DNA from: an uncultured Verrucomicrobiota bacterium
GTDB taxonomy: Bacteria; Verrucomicrobiota; Verrucomicrobiia; Limisphaerales; UBA9464
Assembly (NCBI GenBank): GCA_903821635.1
Contig: CAIJLV010000103.1
Coordinates: 13,231 to 77,230 of the forward strand
Reading direction: 5' to 3'
Length of the DNA: 64,000 nucleotides
A model generated the notes under the pieces. The model was given only the letters and a program-made list of their open reading frames with translations, searched no databases and had not been told where the DNA came from. Positions 55,767-63,900 of this stretch are shown one piece after another (positions within the stretch are counted from its first letter, which is position 1; the number at the start of each line of letters is the position of its first letter). A program made the position numbers and the translations under genes.

Positions 55767-58700
55767 TCACTTGTCTTTCCCCAATTCTTCGTAGTAGCGG
55801 CGCACGAGTTCCGAGTAACGCGCCGGCACTGGGTCGCGGTCAATCGGCACGAGCGAGTCCTTCACGTCGCGTCGGGCGAGTTCTTCCTGCAATTTTTGAC
55901 GCACCTCGACGAGCGGTTTGACCACCTGCAACTGCACGGTCACCCAGTCGGGCTTCGTGCGCTCGCGCTTGAAGTCCTGCCGCATCAGCCGGGCGCGTTC
56001 CCGGGCCGAGGAAACTTCAGTTCGCAGATCGGGCTGATCCACCATTTCCTCGACGTCGCGCAAACGGTCGGACCACTCGGCAAAGTCGCCCCCCGTGATG
56101 GGGCCGCCGCGGGAACCCTGTCCCTCGGTGCCACCGCCATCGTTGGCCAGTGTCGGATCGAGACTGCGCAGGTCGAGCCCACCCCGCTGACCGCGCTGGT
56201 TGTTGGCCGGCTGCGGCCGATTGCCCCGACCGCCTTGGCCGGGTTGCTGCCCTTGTTGCCCTTGCGTCTGCCCCGGCTGTGGTCCGGCCGGTTGCCCCGC
56301 TTGTTCGGAAGGCTGCTGGCCTGCGCCGGGCTGACCCTTCGGGGCAGGCTGATCGGCTTTGGCTTGCTGGTTGCCGGGCCGCTCGCCGGCACCTTGCTGG
56401 CCGGCGGGCGAAGGCTGCGGTTCCGAACCGGGTTGGCCGTCACCCGCCCGCGCGGTGGTGTTAGTTCGTGAGCCGCCCGGTTGCCCTTCACGTGCCTGAC
56501 CGGACTGGCCCCCGGCGACTTGATTGGTGCCACGGTCGCCGGCTTGACCGGCCCCGCCGGGACCGAACTCGCGCTCCAGTTGGTTGGCGAGTGCCTCCAG
56601 TTCCTTCTCCGCGAGCCGGAGCGCCTCGGTGTCGTCGCCCAAGACGTTTTCCGTCGCCTTGTCCACGCCCTTGCGAAGCTGGTCGAGCGTGGCGCGGGCG
56701 CGGCGTTCGGCTTCGCGGGCGGGCGGCAGGAAACCCTCGCGCAGGACGGCCTCGGCGGAACCCAGCGCCTTGCCGTGCTCGTCCTTCGCCAGATTCTGGA
56801 GATTCTCGAACAGGCCGCGGGTCAGCGTGCCACGCTGGATCAACTCCTCCTGCGTCTGCTTGAGCGCTGCGCCGTCATCCTGCGTGAGCTTGCGGATGGA
56901 ATCGTAAAGCTGCCGCGCCACCAGCGGTTCGGTGGCTTCGGCCTGTTCGGACAACTGCGCGGCCTGGTTCACCAAATTGGTCAGCCGCTGACGTTGCTGG
57001 CCCAGTTGGTCGGCGAGCTTCTGGCGTTCGCCGTTGTCGGCGAGCGTGCGCTGCTTGTTCTGCTCCAAGTCGGCGAGCTGCTTGGCGATTTCCTCCTCGC
57101 GGCGGGCGAGGTCACGGGCCTCGGCGCGCAGTTGGCGCATCTCCTCAGACAAGCCGGACGAATTTTGCTTCCGCAGTTCGTCGCGCAGCTCCTGCAACTG
57201 CCGCTGGGCGCGTGTGCCGGCGGAAAGCGCCTGCGACATATTGCCTTGGTTGGCGGCCTCGCTGGCGCGCTGGAGGTCCTCGCGGGTCTGCTCCAACTGT
57301 TGCTTCTGCTCGGCCATCTTCTGCTGGTTCTCGGGGCGCTCCATGCGCTGTTGGAGTTCGTCCGTGTCGGCGAGCATCTGGCGCTGCTCTTCCTGGAGGC
57401 GTTTCAACTGCCGGCGCAGTTCGTCCTTTTCCGGCTCAGCCTTGGCCGCCTGTAAGGCAGTCTGAAGTTCCTTGAGCCGTTCGTTGAGGTCCTCCTGCCG
57501 CTGCGCAAGTTCACGGAGGCGGTTCAGGACTTGTTGTTCTTCCCGGCGTTGCGGGTTTTGCGCGGCCTGTGCCTGCGGTTGAGATTCATAGCGGTTGTCG
57601 GCCTGTGCCAAGTCGAGTTGTTCGAGCTGCATTTGCCGCATCTGTTCGCCCGCGCCGCTGCCCGGTGCGGCTCCCTTTTGGCCGCGCGTCACTTGAAACT
57701 CACGGTCGCGCACTTTGAGCAAGGCCTCGTAGGCGCTCTGCTGGGCCTTGAGGGCGGTGCCCAATTGCGCCGGCGATGACTTGGCCTGCGCCAGCTTTGC
57801 GAGCGCGTCGTTCAACTGCTCGATGGCCGTGGTCCAAAGACTGGCGAGGGCCGGATCTTGCTGCCGTTCCCGTGCGGCCTCGGCTTGGGAGACGGCCTCG
57901 GTCATCGCGTCATGCACGACGGTGACGTCGGCCTCGTAGCCGCCGCTGGAAGTCTTCTTGGCTTGGCCATCCACCAGCGCCTGAAGGCGCCGGGCCGGGG
58001 CGTTGTTGCCCTCGGCCCGCGGCTCGGAATCGGCGGCGGCGCGCTGGCCGAAGATGACTTGTGGCGAAGGCGGAAGGTGGAAAGCGGAAGGCGGAGCGAA
58101 ATGTTCCGAGGCGTGGGTATTCATCTCGCTGGCGGTTGCAGGCACAGCCGCAGGAGCTTGGGGGTTGCCCGCCCTCCCCCCCGAGGAGAAGGCAACGCCC
58201 GCTGACGCGAGGAGACGCGACCGGTCAGTCGGCCGAGGGCGACCCGGCTCCTTGCCCCGCCAAAACGTCGTCGGCTTCTTCGCGCCGGGCGCGGCCTTCG
58301 AATCGCTGGGTTGGCTGGTCTTGGGCTTCGCACCTTCCTGCCGTTGCAACTTCCACGTCGCGTTGATGATCTGTTTTTGAAGTTCGGCGAGTTTCGTGGT
58401 CGGGTTGCCGCCGCCGCTTTCCTCGCCCGGTTCGCCCCCGCTGCCCCCCATCTGTTCGCCTTCGCGAAAGATCTCTTCGAACGGTCGGATCTCGCCGAAG
58501 AACAGGTCGCCGTTCGTGCGCCGGATTTCGCCGTCGGGACCATAATCGTCGGCCCAGACAAACCACGCGACGAGTTGATCGGGTTGCAAGCCGAGCTCCT
58601 CCAAACGCAGCGTGTGGGCCAACGCCCGAGTCTCTTGGGCCGGCACGCTTCGGCCCAATTCCACCAAGGTGGGTTCGCCACCGCCCACCGAAAAAGCCAG

Positions 58701-59954
58701 GCCAAACGCGAGCACCCCGAAGTCGTCCCAAGTGGTGCCGTCGAAGGTCAATTCTTCCAGCGGACTCGGCCGAGCATCGCCGCGCGGTGCTTTGAGTTTC
58801 AGTTCCGGAACTCGGTTCGGTTGCACCTCGAAGACGAATTGCGCCGGCAGTTTGTTGGTGCGCCCGTCCGCATCCACCAACTGCAATTCGTAACTGGCGC
58901 TGGCCCTCAAGGGCAGCGGCCCCAGCGCCACGGCCGGTCGGTTGGTCTCGATGCGCAGCGCCAGATTCGTCACGCCGGCTTGGCGGCCGACCAGCGTCGC
59001 GGCGACGACCGGTTTATTGAGCTGCAGGGAAAGGCCGAGTTGCGAACCCTCGACCGCCGTGACGCGTCGGGTGTCCTCAATGTGTTTTGGCGGCAGCCCG
59101 GTGTAAGCCGGGTAAGTTAGGTCGGCGTCGGAACGCTCCAACCGCGGATATTCGAAGACGGTGACGCGGTAGTCGCGCGTGCGTTTGCCGGCGTAGGCGA
59201 TGTGATAGGCAAAACTGTCGTTGAGATCGGGCACGGTCACGCCGAACACCGGGTCCCCGAGACTGCGCACCAGCGGCAGGCGTCGGGCGGTCGCCGCGTT
59301 GGTGCCGAGGACGAGTTCGGCCGACTCCGGCGCGCCGGCCCCGAAACGCACCAGGACGACCAAGGTGGAGCCGCGCTCTAGGGTGCTGTCGCCCGGCGTG
59401 ACTTCGAGTCCGGTGTTCCGCGTGACGAGCACGGGCGCACCCGGCTTGAACGGCAACCGCCCCGCCCACAGCGCGCCGGCCAGCAAGGCCAAGGCGAGCC
59501 ACTGTCCCGCGTGGGCGAGGGCGAATTGGCGGGTCGGAATGGCGCGGCGCCAATCGCTCCGCAAGCTGCGTTCCGCGGCCTCCTCGACGACGCGTTCAGC
59601 CAGAAAGTTCAGCCTGCCCTCGGCTCCTCGGTGAATCTGGGTGGCGGTGAGTAACAGGCCGTCCAGCTCCGGATGACTCCGCTCGATTTCAGCCACCAGC
59701 GCGCCGAAGTCGGAAGGCGCAGATCGGTGCCGCCACACCACGATCACGGCGCCCAATAAGGCACCCGCGGTCAGAAGCGGGAACAACCAGGGCGAACCGA
59801 CGCCCACCAGCCGAGAGAGTCCAACCACGGCGCCCACGGCCAACGCGGCGGCGGCCCAATAACCGGCGAGCCGGCGCCAGAGTTGGAGCCGGCGCCGACG
59901 GCGCAGCACGCTTTGCAGGCGGACCTGCAAGAGGGTTTCCATCATCGTTTTCAT
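55767..59954 (-). CDS. Giant DUF4175-like membrane protein: N-terminal TM pair, beta-rich ectodomain, Q/E/R-rich coiled coil, G/Q/P-rich low-complexity region
   Basis: 1395 aa. The N-terminus RRRRRLQLWRRLAGYWAAAALAVGAVVGL is followed by a second TM. LTYPAYTGLPPK is the type of segment seen in TIGR02302/DUF4175 proteins. The heptad-rich region is long (LQ..L..L..QL). The C-terminus is IDRDPVPARYSELVRRYYEELG. The start ATG at 59954 overlaps the upstream stop (ATGA). Confidence 0.55.
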   Translation of the reverse strand: MKTMMETLLQVRLQSVLRRRRRLQLWRRLAGYWAAAALAVGAVVGLSRLVGVGSPWLFPLLTAGALLGAVIVVWRHRSAPSDFGALVAEIERSHPELDGLLLTATQIHRGAEGRLNFLAERVVEEAAERSLRSDWRRAIPTRQFALAHAGQWLALALLAGALWAGRLPFKPGAPVLVTRNTGLEVTPGDSTLERGSTLVVLVRFGAGAPESAELVLGTNAATARRLPLVRSLGDPVFGVTVPDLNDSFAYHIAYAGKRTRDYRVTVFEYPRLERSDADLTYPAYTGLPPKHIEDTRRVTAVEGSQLGLSLQLNKPVVAATLVGRQAGVTNLALRIETNRPAVALGPLPLRASASYELQLVDADGRTNKLPAQFVFEVQPNRVPELKLKAPRGDARPSPLEELTFDGTTWDDFGVLAFGLAFSVGGGEPTLVELGRSVPAQETRALAHTLRLEELGLQPDQLVAWFVWADDYGPDGEIRRTNGDLFFGEIRPFEEIFREGEQMGGSGGEPGEESGGGNPTTKLAELQKQIINATWKLQRQEGAKPKTSQPSDSKAAPGAKKPTTFWRGKEPGRPRPTDRSRLLASAGVAFSSGGRAGNPQAPAAVPATASEMNTHASEHFAPPSAFHLPPSPQVIFGQRAAADSEPRAEGNNAPARRLQALVDGQAKKTSSGGYEADVTVVHDAMTEAVSQAEAARERQQDPALASLWTTAIEQLNDALAKLAQAKSSPAQLGTALKAQQSAYEALLKVRDREFQVTRGQKGAAPGSGAGEQMRQMQLEQLDLAQADNRYESQPQAQAAQNPQRREEQQVLNRLRELAQRQEDLNERLKELQTALQAAKAEPEKDELRRQLKRLQEEQRQMLADTDELQQRMERPENQQKMAEQKQQLEQTREDLQRASEAANQGNMSQALSAGTRAQRQLQELRDELRKQNSSGLSEEMRQLRAEARDLARREEEIAKQLADLEQNKQRTLADNGERQKLADQLGQQRQRLTNLVNQAAQLSEQAEATEPLVARQLYDSIRKLTQDDGAALKQTQEELIQRGTLTRGLFENLQNLAKDEHGKALGSAEAVLREGFLPPAREAERRARATLDQLRKGVDKATENVLGDDTEALRLAEKELEALANQLEREFGPGGAGQAGDRGTNQVAGGQSGQAREGQPGGSRTNTTARAGDGQPGSEPQPSPAGQQGAGERPGNQQAKADQPAPKGQPGAGQQPSEQAGQPAGPQPGQTQGQQGQQPGQGGRGNRPQPANNQRGQRGGLDLRSLDPTLANDGGGTEGQGSRGGPITGGDFAEWSDRLRDVEEMVDQPDLRTEVSSARERARLMRQDFKRERTKPDWVTVQLQVVKPLVEVRQKLQEELARRDVKDSLVPIDRDPVPARYSELVRRYYEELGKDK

Positions 59955-62050
59955 GCGGTTGCCTCCGTCGGAAGTGCGCGGCGGGCAGTCCAGCCGGCCA
60001 GCGCGGTTTCGATCAACAGAACCAAAAGGGTGGCCAGCAGGAACCAGCGCCAGAGCTTTTGCCGCGACTCGGACTCAGCCGCCTGCAATTGCGTTTTGCG
60101 GAGGGCGCTCGCCGGCGCCGCGGCCAGCGGGTTGGCCGTTCCGATGCCGTAAGTCTCAAAGACATCGGCCGACCAGGGCGCGGTCCGGCTTTCGTTGGGG
60201 TCCAGATTCACCGCAAACCATTGCGGTGCCCCGCCGCCCTCGACGCGATAAAAACCGGGCTGGGTGGTGCCGGTGAAATTGGTGGCGCCGGCGGCCAGTG
60301 CCACCGAAGTCCCATCCGGCAGCATGACCTGCTGGCCGCCCGCCCGCAGTGCCAACGGCTCGCCGACGAGGGGTTGCGCCGGGGCCAGACCTGCCGTTGC
60401 GCCGGCGTAGTCGAGTAGGGAAAGGAGCAGCGGCACGAACTTCGTCGAGAGCGCGAGTTGGCTGTCTTCAGGCTGCCAGCCCGTGGTTAAAATGATCACG
60501 CGCCCGCGCCCCACCGGCACTTCAGCGAGGGCCGGACTGCCGGAATCAAACCGTGCCAGCACCCGTGCGCTGGGCACGGACGCCCAGTCGAGGACGCGGT
60601 GTTTCCACACGTGAATCTTGGTGAAATCGCTGAAGCGGGGGTCGGCAAACGGCGCGAACAACGGATGCTCGAAGTCCAGTTCGGCTAACATCGCATAATT
60701 CTTCACGGTCGCCTCGCGCAGCGGCAGGGCCGCGACGCCCAGCAGCGTCGCGAGTGGGGCGCCGGCGGCGGCGTTGACCGGCGCAAAAAGGATCGTCTTG
60801 CCGGCGAGCGCCGCTTCCCGCAGCAGCCCGGCTGTCGGGGCGGAGAGGGCGCCCGTGACCAGCACGAGCCCCGCTGCGGCGACGTCGCCGGCACTGAGTG
60901 CGGCTTGGCCGGTGCGGGCATCCAGCGTGACGCGTTGCCGGGGGGAATCCGGCAAGGCCCGCCGCAAAAAGAAGAGCGGTTGGCGAGCGTCGCCCGCGGC
61001 GTCGGCGCCGAGGTAAAGCACGCGCAAGGTCGTCGGTTCAGGCGGAATCACGTAGGCTACATTGTCAAAAGGTTCGTCGTCACCGCGTAACTGAACCCGT
61101 CGCGTGGGGGGCACGCCGGGGGCCGCCGGGGGCGGCAGCGGCAAGGCGACGACGCGACTCTGGCCGGGCGGCACATACACGTCGGAGGCCGGCCCGACGA
61201 ACGTGTCGCCGGCCTCGGCCCAACCGACTTGGAACTGCTCTTGGGTCGCTTCCGGCGCGTTGCTGACGCGCACCCGCACGGCGGAATTGGTGAGACTGGT
61301 GTCCGCGGCCTCCGCGACGATTTGGACGCCAGCGTTGCCGGGGGACTTGGCCTTTAACGGGGGCACCAGCAGTTGAAGATTCTTCGGCCAGTCGTAGGCC
61401 TGAAGTTTTTCCAGCCGGCCGCCTTCCTGCACGTCGCTGAGGAGCACAATCTGGCGCAGCGGGGTGGCTTGTTGGACTTCAGCTTCGGTCACCATTTCGG
61501 CGGCGGCAATCAAGGTCGTGCCGAGTTGCGTGGCACCCCAGCCGGGCTTGAGCGCCTCCAGTTTGCCCCGGGCCAAGGCGGCGCGGTCGCCCGGGGGCGC
61601 GGCTTGCCAGTCTTCAAAAGAGACGAGGCGGTTCACCTCGTGATCGAAGGCGAGCACGGCCACTTGGTCGCCGGGCGTCGTGTGGCCCAAGATGTCTGCG
61701 GCCTGCGCGAGAGCGGCGGACCAGAGTCCGGCGCGTTGCATGGAAGCGCTGCGGTCCACGAGCACCACGAGTCGGCGGGGTTGGCCGGAAACGGGTTCGG
61801 CGACCGAGGGATTTTTCAGAAACGGGCGGGCAAAACCGAAGGTGAGCAACGCCAGCGCGAGGCAACGCAACAGCAGGAGCAGGAGGTCTTCGAGCCGGCT
61901 GCGTTTCGTGAGGCGCGGCGGCGTGGGCGACAGAAACAGCAACGAACTGAACGGTAACCGTTCACGCGTGCGCCGCCGGATCAGGTGCAACACCACGGGC
62001 AGCGCCAGCGCCAACGCCCCGAACAGAAAGGCGGGGGTGAGAAAATTCAT
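59951..62050 (-). CDS. BatA N-terminal domain plus VWA-like domain membrane protein
   Basis: MNFLTPAFLFGALALALPVVLHLIRRRTRERLPFSSLLFL is the aerotolerance-regulator BatA_N pattern. A second TM follows. VVLVDRSASM is a DxSxS MIDAS-like motif. The C-terminal TM is WRWFLLATLLVLLIETALAGW. GGAGGG lies 8 nt upstream of the ATG. Confidence 0.75.
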   Translation of the reverse strand: MNFLTPAFLFGALALALPVVLHLIRRRTRERLPFSSLLFLSPTPPRLTKRSRLEDLLLLLLRCLALALLTFGFARPFLKNPSVAEPVSGQPRRLVVLVDRSASMQRAGLWSAALAQAADILGHTTPGDQVAVLAFDHEVNRLVSFEDWQAAPPGDRAALARGKLEALKPGWGATQLGTTLIAAAEMVTEAEVQQATPLRQIVLLSDVQEGGRLEKLQAYDWPKNLQLLVPPLKAKSPGNAGVQIVAEAADTSLTNSAVRVRVSNAPEATQEQFQVGWAEAGDTFVGPASDVYVPPGQSRVVALPLPPPAAPGVPPTRRVQLRGDDEPFDNVAYVIPPEPTTLRVLYLGADAAGDARQPLFFLRRALPDSPRQRVTLDARTGQAALSAGDVAAAGLVLVTGALSAPTAGLLREAALAGKTILFAPVNAAAGAPLATLLGVAALPLREATVKNYAMLAELDFEHPLFAPFADPRFSDFTKIHVWKHRVLDWASVPSARVLARFDSGSPALAEVPVGRGRVIILTTGWQPEDSQLALSTKFVPLLLSLLDYAGATAGLAPAQPLVGEPLALRAGGQQVMLPDGTSVALAAGATNFTGTTQPGFYRVEGGGAPQWFAVNLDPNESRTAPWSADVFETYGIGTANPLAAAPASALRKTQLQAAESESRQKLWRWFLLATLLVLLIETALAGWTARRALPTEATA

Positions 62051-62162
62051 GGGCTAACCCTCCGACAAAGGCGTTGCTGAATTGGGAAAACCGGAAAACC
62101 TAAAGGCGGACTGGGTTGCCAATGGCTGCCCGATTGTCGGCCTGCCTGATTCAGTTCGTGAT

Positions 62163-63104
62163 TCATCGGCTCCCCCCGTTTCGTGCCCGAGCGACGTGGC
62201 GGCGTTGGGTCCGTTCGCGCAGGAAGTCAAACAGGGCGAGTTCGAGCGGTTGATCGGTGGTCAACCGGTGGCAGTGCGCGCCCAGCTTCTGGCACAGGTC
62301 CCGCACGGCTTGGCAATGGGCCTCCAGCTTTTGGATGTAACTGGTGCGCACGGCCTGCGGATCAACGAACAGCGTGCGGCCGGATTCGAGGTCCTCGAAC
62401 AGGGTCGGTTGGTCGAAGCCGAAGTTCAGCTCGGCGGGATCGAGCACTTGGAAGACGGTCAGTTCATGCCCGGCCGCGGCGAGGGTCGTGAGGCAGCGGT
62501 CGAGGTTTTCGAGCGGCGTGAGGAAGTCCGAAACCAACACCAGAAGGCCCCGCTTGCGGACGATTTCCGCGACCCGTCGCAGCGGCGTAACGAGGTCGGT
62601 CGCAGTTCCCCCGGCGGGCTGCTCCAGCGCGAGCATCAGGTGCCGCAGGTGGCCGGGGCGATGGCGGGCGGGGAGGTATTCGCGCACGCCGGCGTCGAAG
62701 GAGAGCAGGCCGATGGCGTCGCCTTGCTGATGGAGAAACCAGGCGAGCGTGGCGCTGAGCGTGGCGGCGTATTGCGCCTTGGTGACACCGGCCGAGGCGA
62801 AGTCCATGGATCGGCTCTGGTCTACGATCAGGTGGCAGCGGAGGTTCGTTTCGTCCTCGAATTTTTTGATGTAAAAGCGGTCGCTGCGGCCGAACACGCG
62901 CCAGTCCACGTAGCGCGGATCGTCGCCCGGCGTGTATTGGCGATACTCGGTGAACTCGACGGAGAAGCCGTGATAGGGACTGCGATGGATGCCACTCCAG
63001 AAGCCCTCGACGACGGCACGCGCCCGCAACTCAAGGTTGCGGATGTTCATCAACGCCTTCGGGTCGATGAACTTCGTCGCGGGGTTGGTGGTGGAGGCGG
63101 TCAT
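62163..63104 (-). CDS. DUF58 domain-containing protein (MoxR-associated, VWA-like)
   Basis: GIHRSPYHGFSVEFTEYRQYTPGDDPRYVDWRVFGRSDRFYIKKFEDETNLRCHLIVDQSRSM is the canonical DUF58 core. The start is set at ATG 63104, because upstream of it the track ORF reads through a repeat element. Confidence 0.88.
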   Translation of the reverse strand: MTASTTNPATKFIDPKALMNIRNLELRARAVVEGFWSGIHRSPYHGFSVEFTEYRQYTPGDDPRYVDWRVFGRSDRFYIKKFEDETNLRCHLIVDQSRSMDFASAGVTKAQYAATLSATLAWFLHQQGDAIGLLSFDAGVREYLPARHRPGHLRHLMLALEQPAGGTATDLVTPLRRVAEIVRKRGLLVLVSDFLTPLENLDRCLTTLAAAGHELTVFQVLDPAELNFGFDQPTLFEDLESGRTLFVDPQAVRTSYIQKLEAHCQAVRDLCQKLGAHCHRLTTDQPLELALFDFLRERTQRRHVARARNGGSR

Positions 63105-63154
63105 CGGGTGGAGGCGGAACGTGGACCAAGAATTGGGGAAGGAGAATTGATGAC

Positions 63155-63357
63155 GCCCGCCCTCACCCCGGCCCTCTCCCCCAAGGAGAGGGAGCCGCCC
63201 GCTGGCGCAGAACAACTCCACAAACTGGGCTGACGAAGACTGTTTCGGGTTCGCCGAGGAGTGCCCGGGCTGAATCGGAGCCCGCAGCTTTGGAACGAGC
63301 ATGGACGCCGTGACCTTCTCCCTCTCCCCGGGGGAGAGGGTTGGGGTGAGGGCGGGC
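63155..63357. mobile_element. MITE-like 203-bp element bounded by about 27-bp terminal inverted repeats, each containing a GC-rich hairpin
   Basis: The left end is gcccgccctcaccccggccctctcccc (63155-63181). The right end is ggggagagggttggggtgagggcgggc (63331-63357), whose reverse complement matches the left end at 25/27. Local palindromes are CCCTCTCC...GGAGAGGG at 63172-63192 and 63320-63340. Confidence 0.55.
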
Positions 63358-63403
63358 CACCTTCCATCTTTTCAACCGCCCCGACCTTTGCCACACCGTC
63401 CAC

Positions 63404-63853
63404 ATGAATTTGCGCCCACTTGCCCGGCAATTGCGCCAGCGCGAGACGTGGGCAGAACGCCTGGTGTGGCGCTGGCTGCGCGACCGGCGTTTCGAGGGCT
63501 ACAAGTTTCGCCGGCAAATCCCCAAGGGTGACTTCATCGTGGACTTTGTCTGCGAGGAAGCCGCGCTGGTCATCGAACTGCATGGCAGCCAGCACGGGTT
63601 CCCCGAGCACCAGGCTCGGGATGCGGCCAAGGACGCTTATCTCACCAGCATGGGATTCAAGACATTGCGCTTCTGGAACGGCGAGTTGCGTCGGCGCGAG
63701 GCGGAAATCAAGGAGACCATCTTTCGGGAACTTCACGCGCGGGCGCCGCATCCTGAGCCTTCGTATTGGCGAAGCGGCATGGTTGGAAAGAAGTTTGAGG
63801 ACTCCCGACCTCACCCCAACCCTCTCCCCCGGGGAGAGGGGGACGCCCGCTGA
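63404..63853 (+). CDS. DUF559 domain (Vsr-like / restriction-endonuclease-fold) protein
   Basis: ARQLRQRETWAERLVWRWLRDRRFEGYKFRRQIPKGDFIVDFVCEEAALVIELHGSQH...LTSMGFKTLRFWNGEL is the DUF559 pattern. The last 13 codons (RPHPNPLPRGEGDAR) are encoded by repeat unit 3. Confidence 0.8.
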   Translation: MNLRPLARQLRQRETWAERLVWRWLRDRRFEGYKFRRQIPKGDFIVDFVCEEAALVIELHGSQHGFPEHQARDAAKDAYLTSMGFKTLRFWNGELRRREAEIKETIFRELHARAPHPEPSYWRSGMVGKKFEDSRPHPNPLPRGEGDAR

Positions 63854-63900
63854 CGCGCCGTTACTCAACAGGCCTGACTGACGAGGACTGCGAAGGGTGA
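63804..63900 (+). repeat. Repeat unit 3 (hairpin) plus truncated repeat core
   Basis: cccgacctcaccccaaccctctcccccggggagaggg (63804-63840), then cgcccgctg-N27-gacgaggactg (63844-63890). It has the same architecture and orientation as the unit at 63155-63251. Confidence 0.6.
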
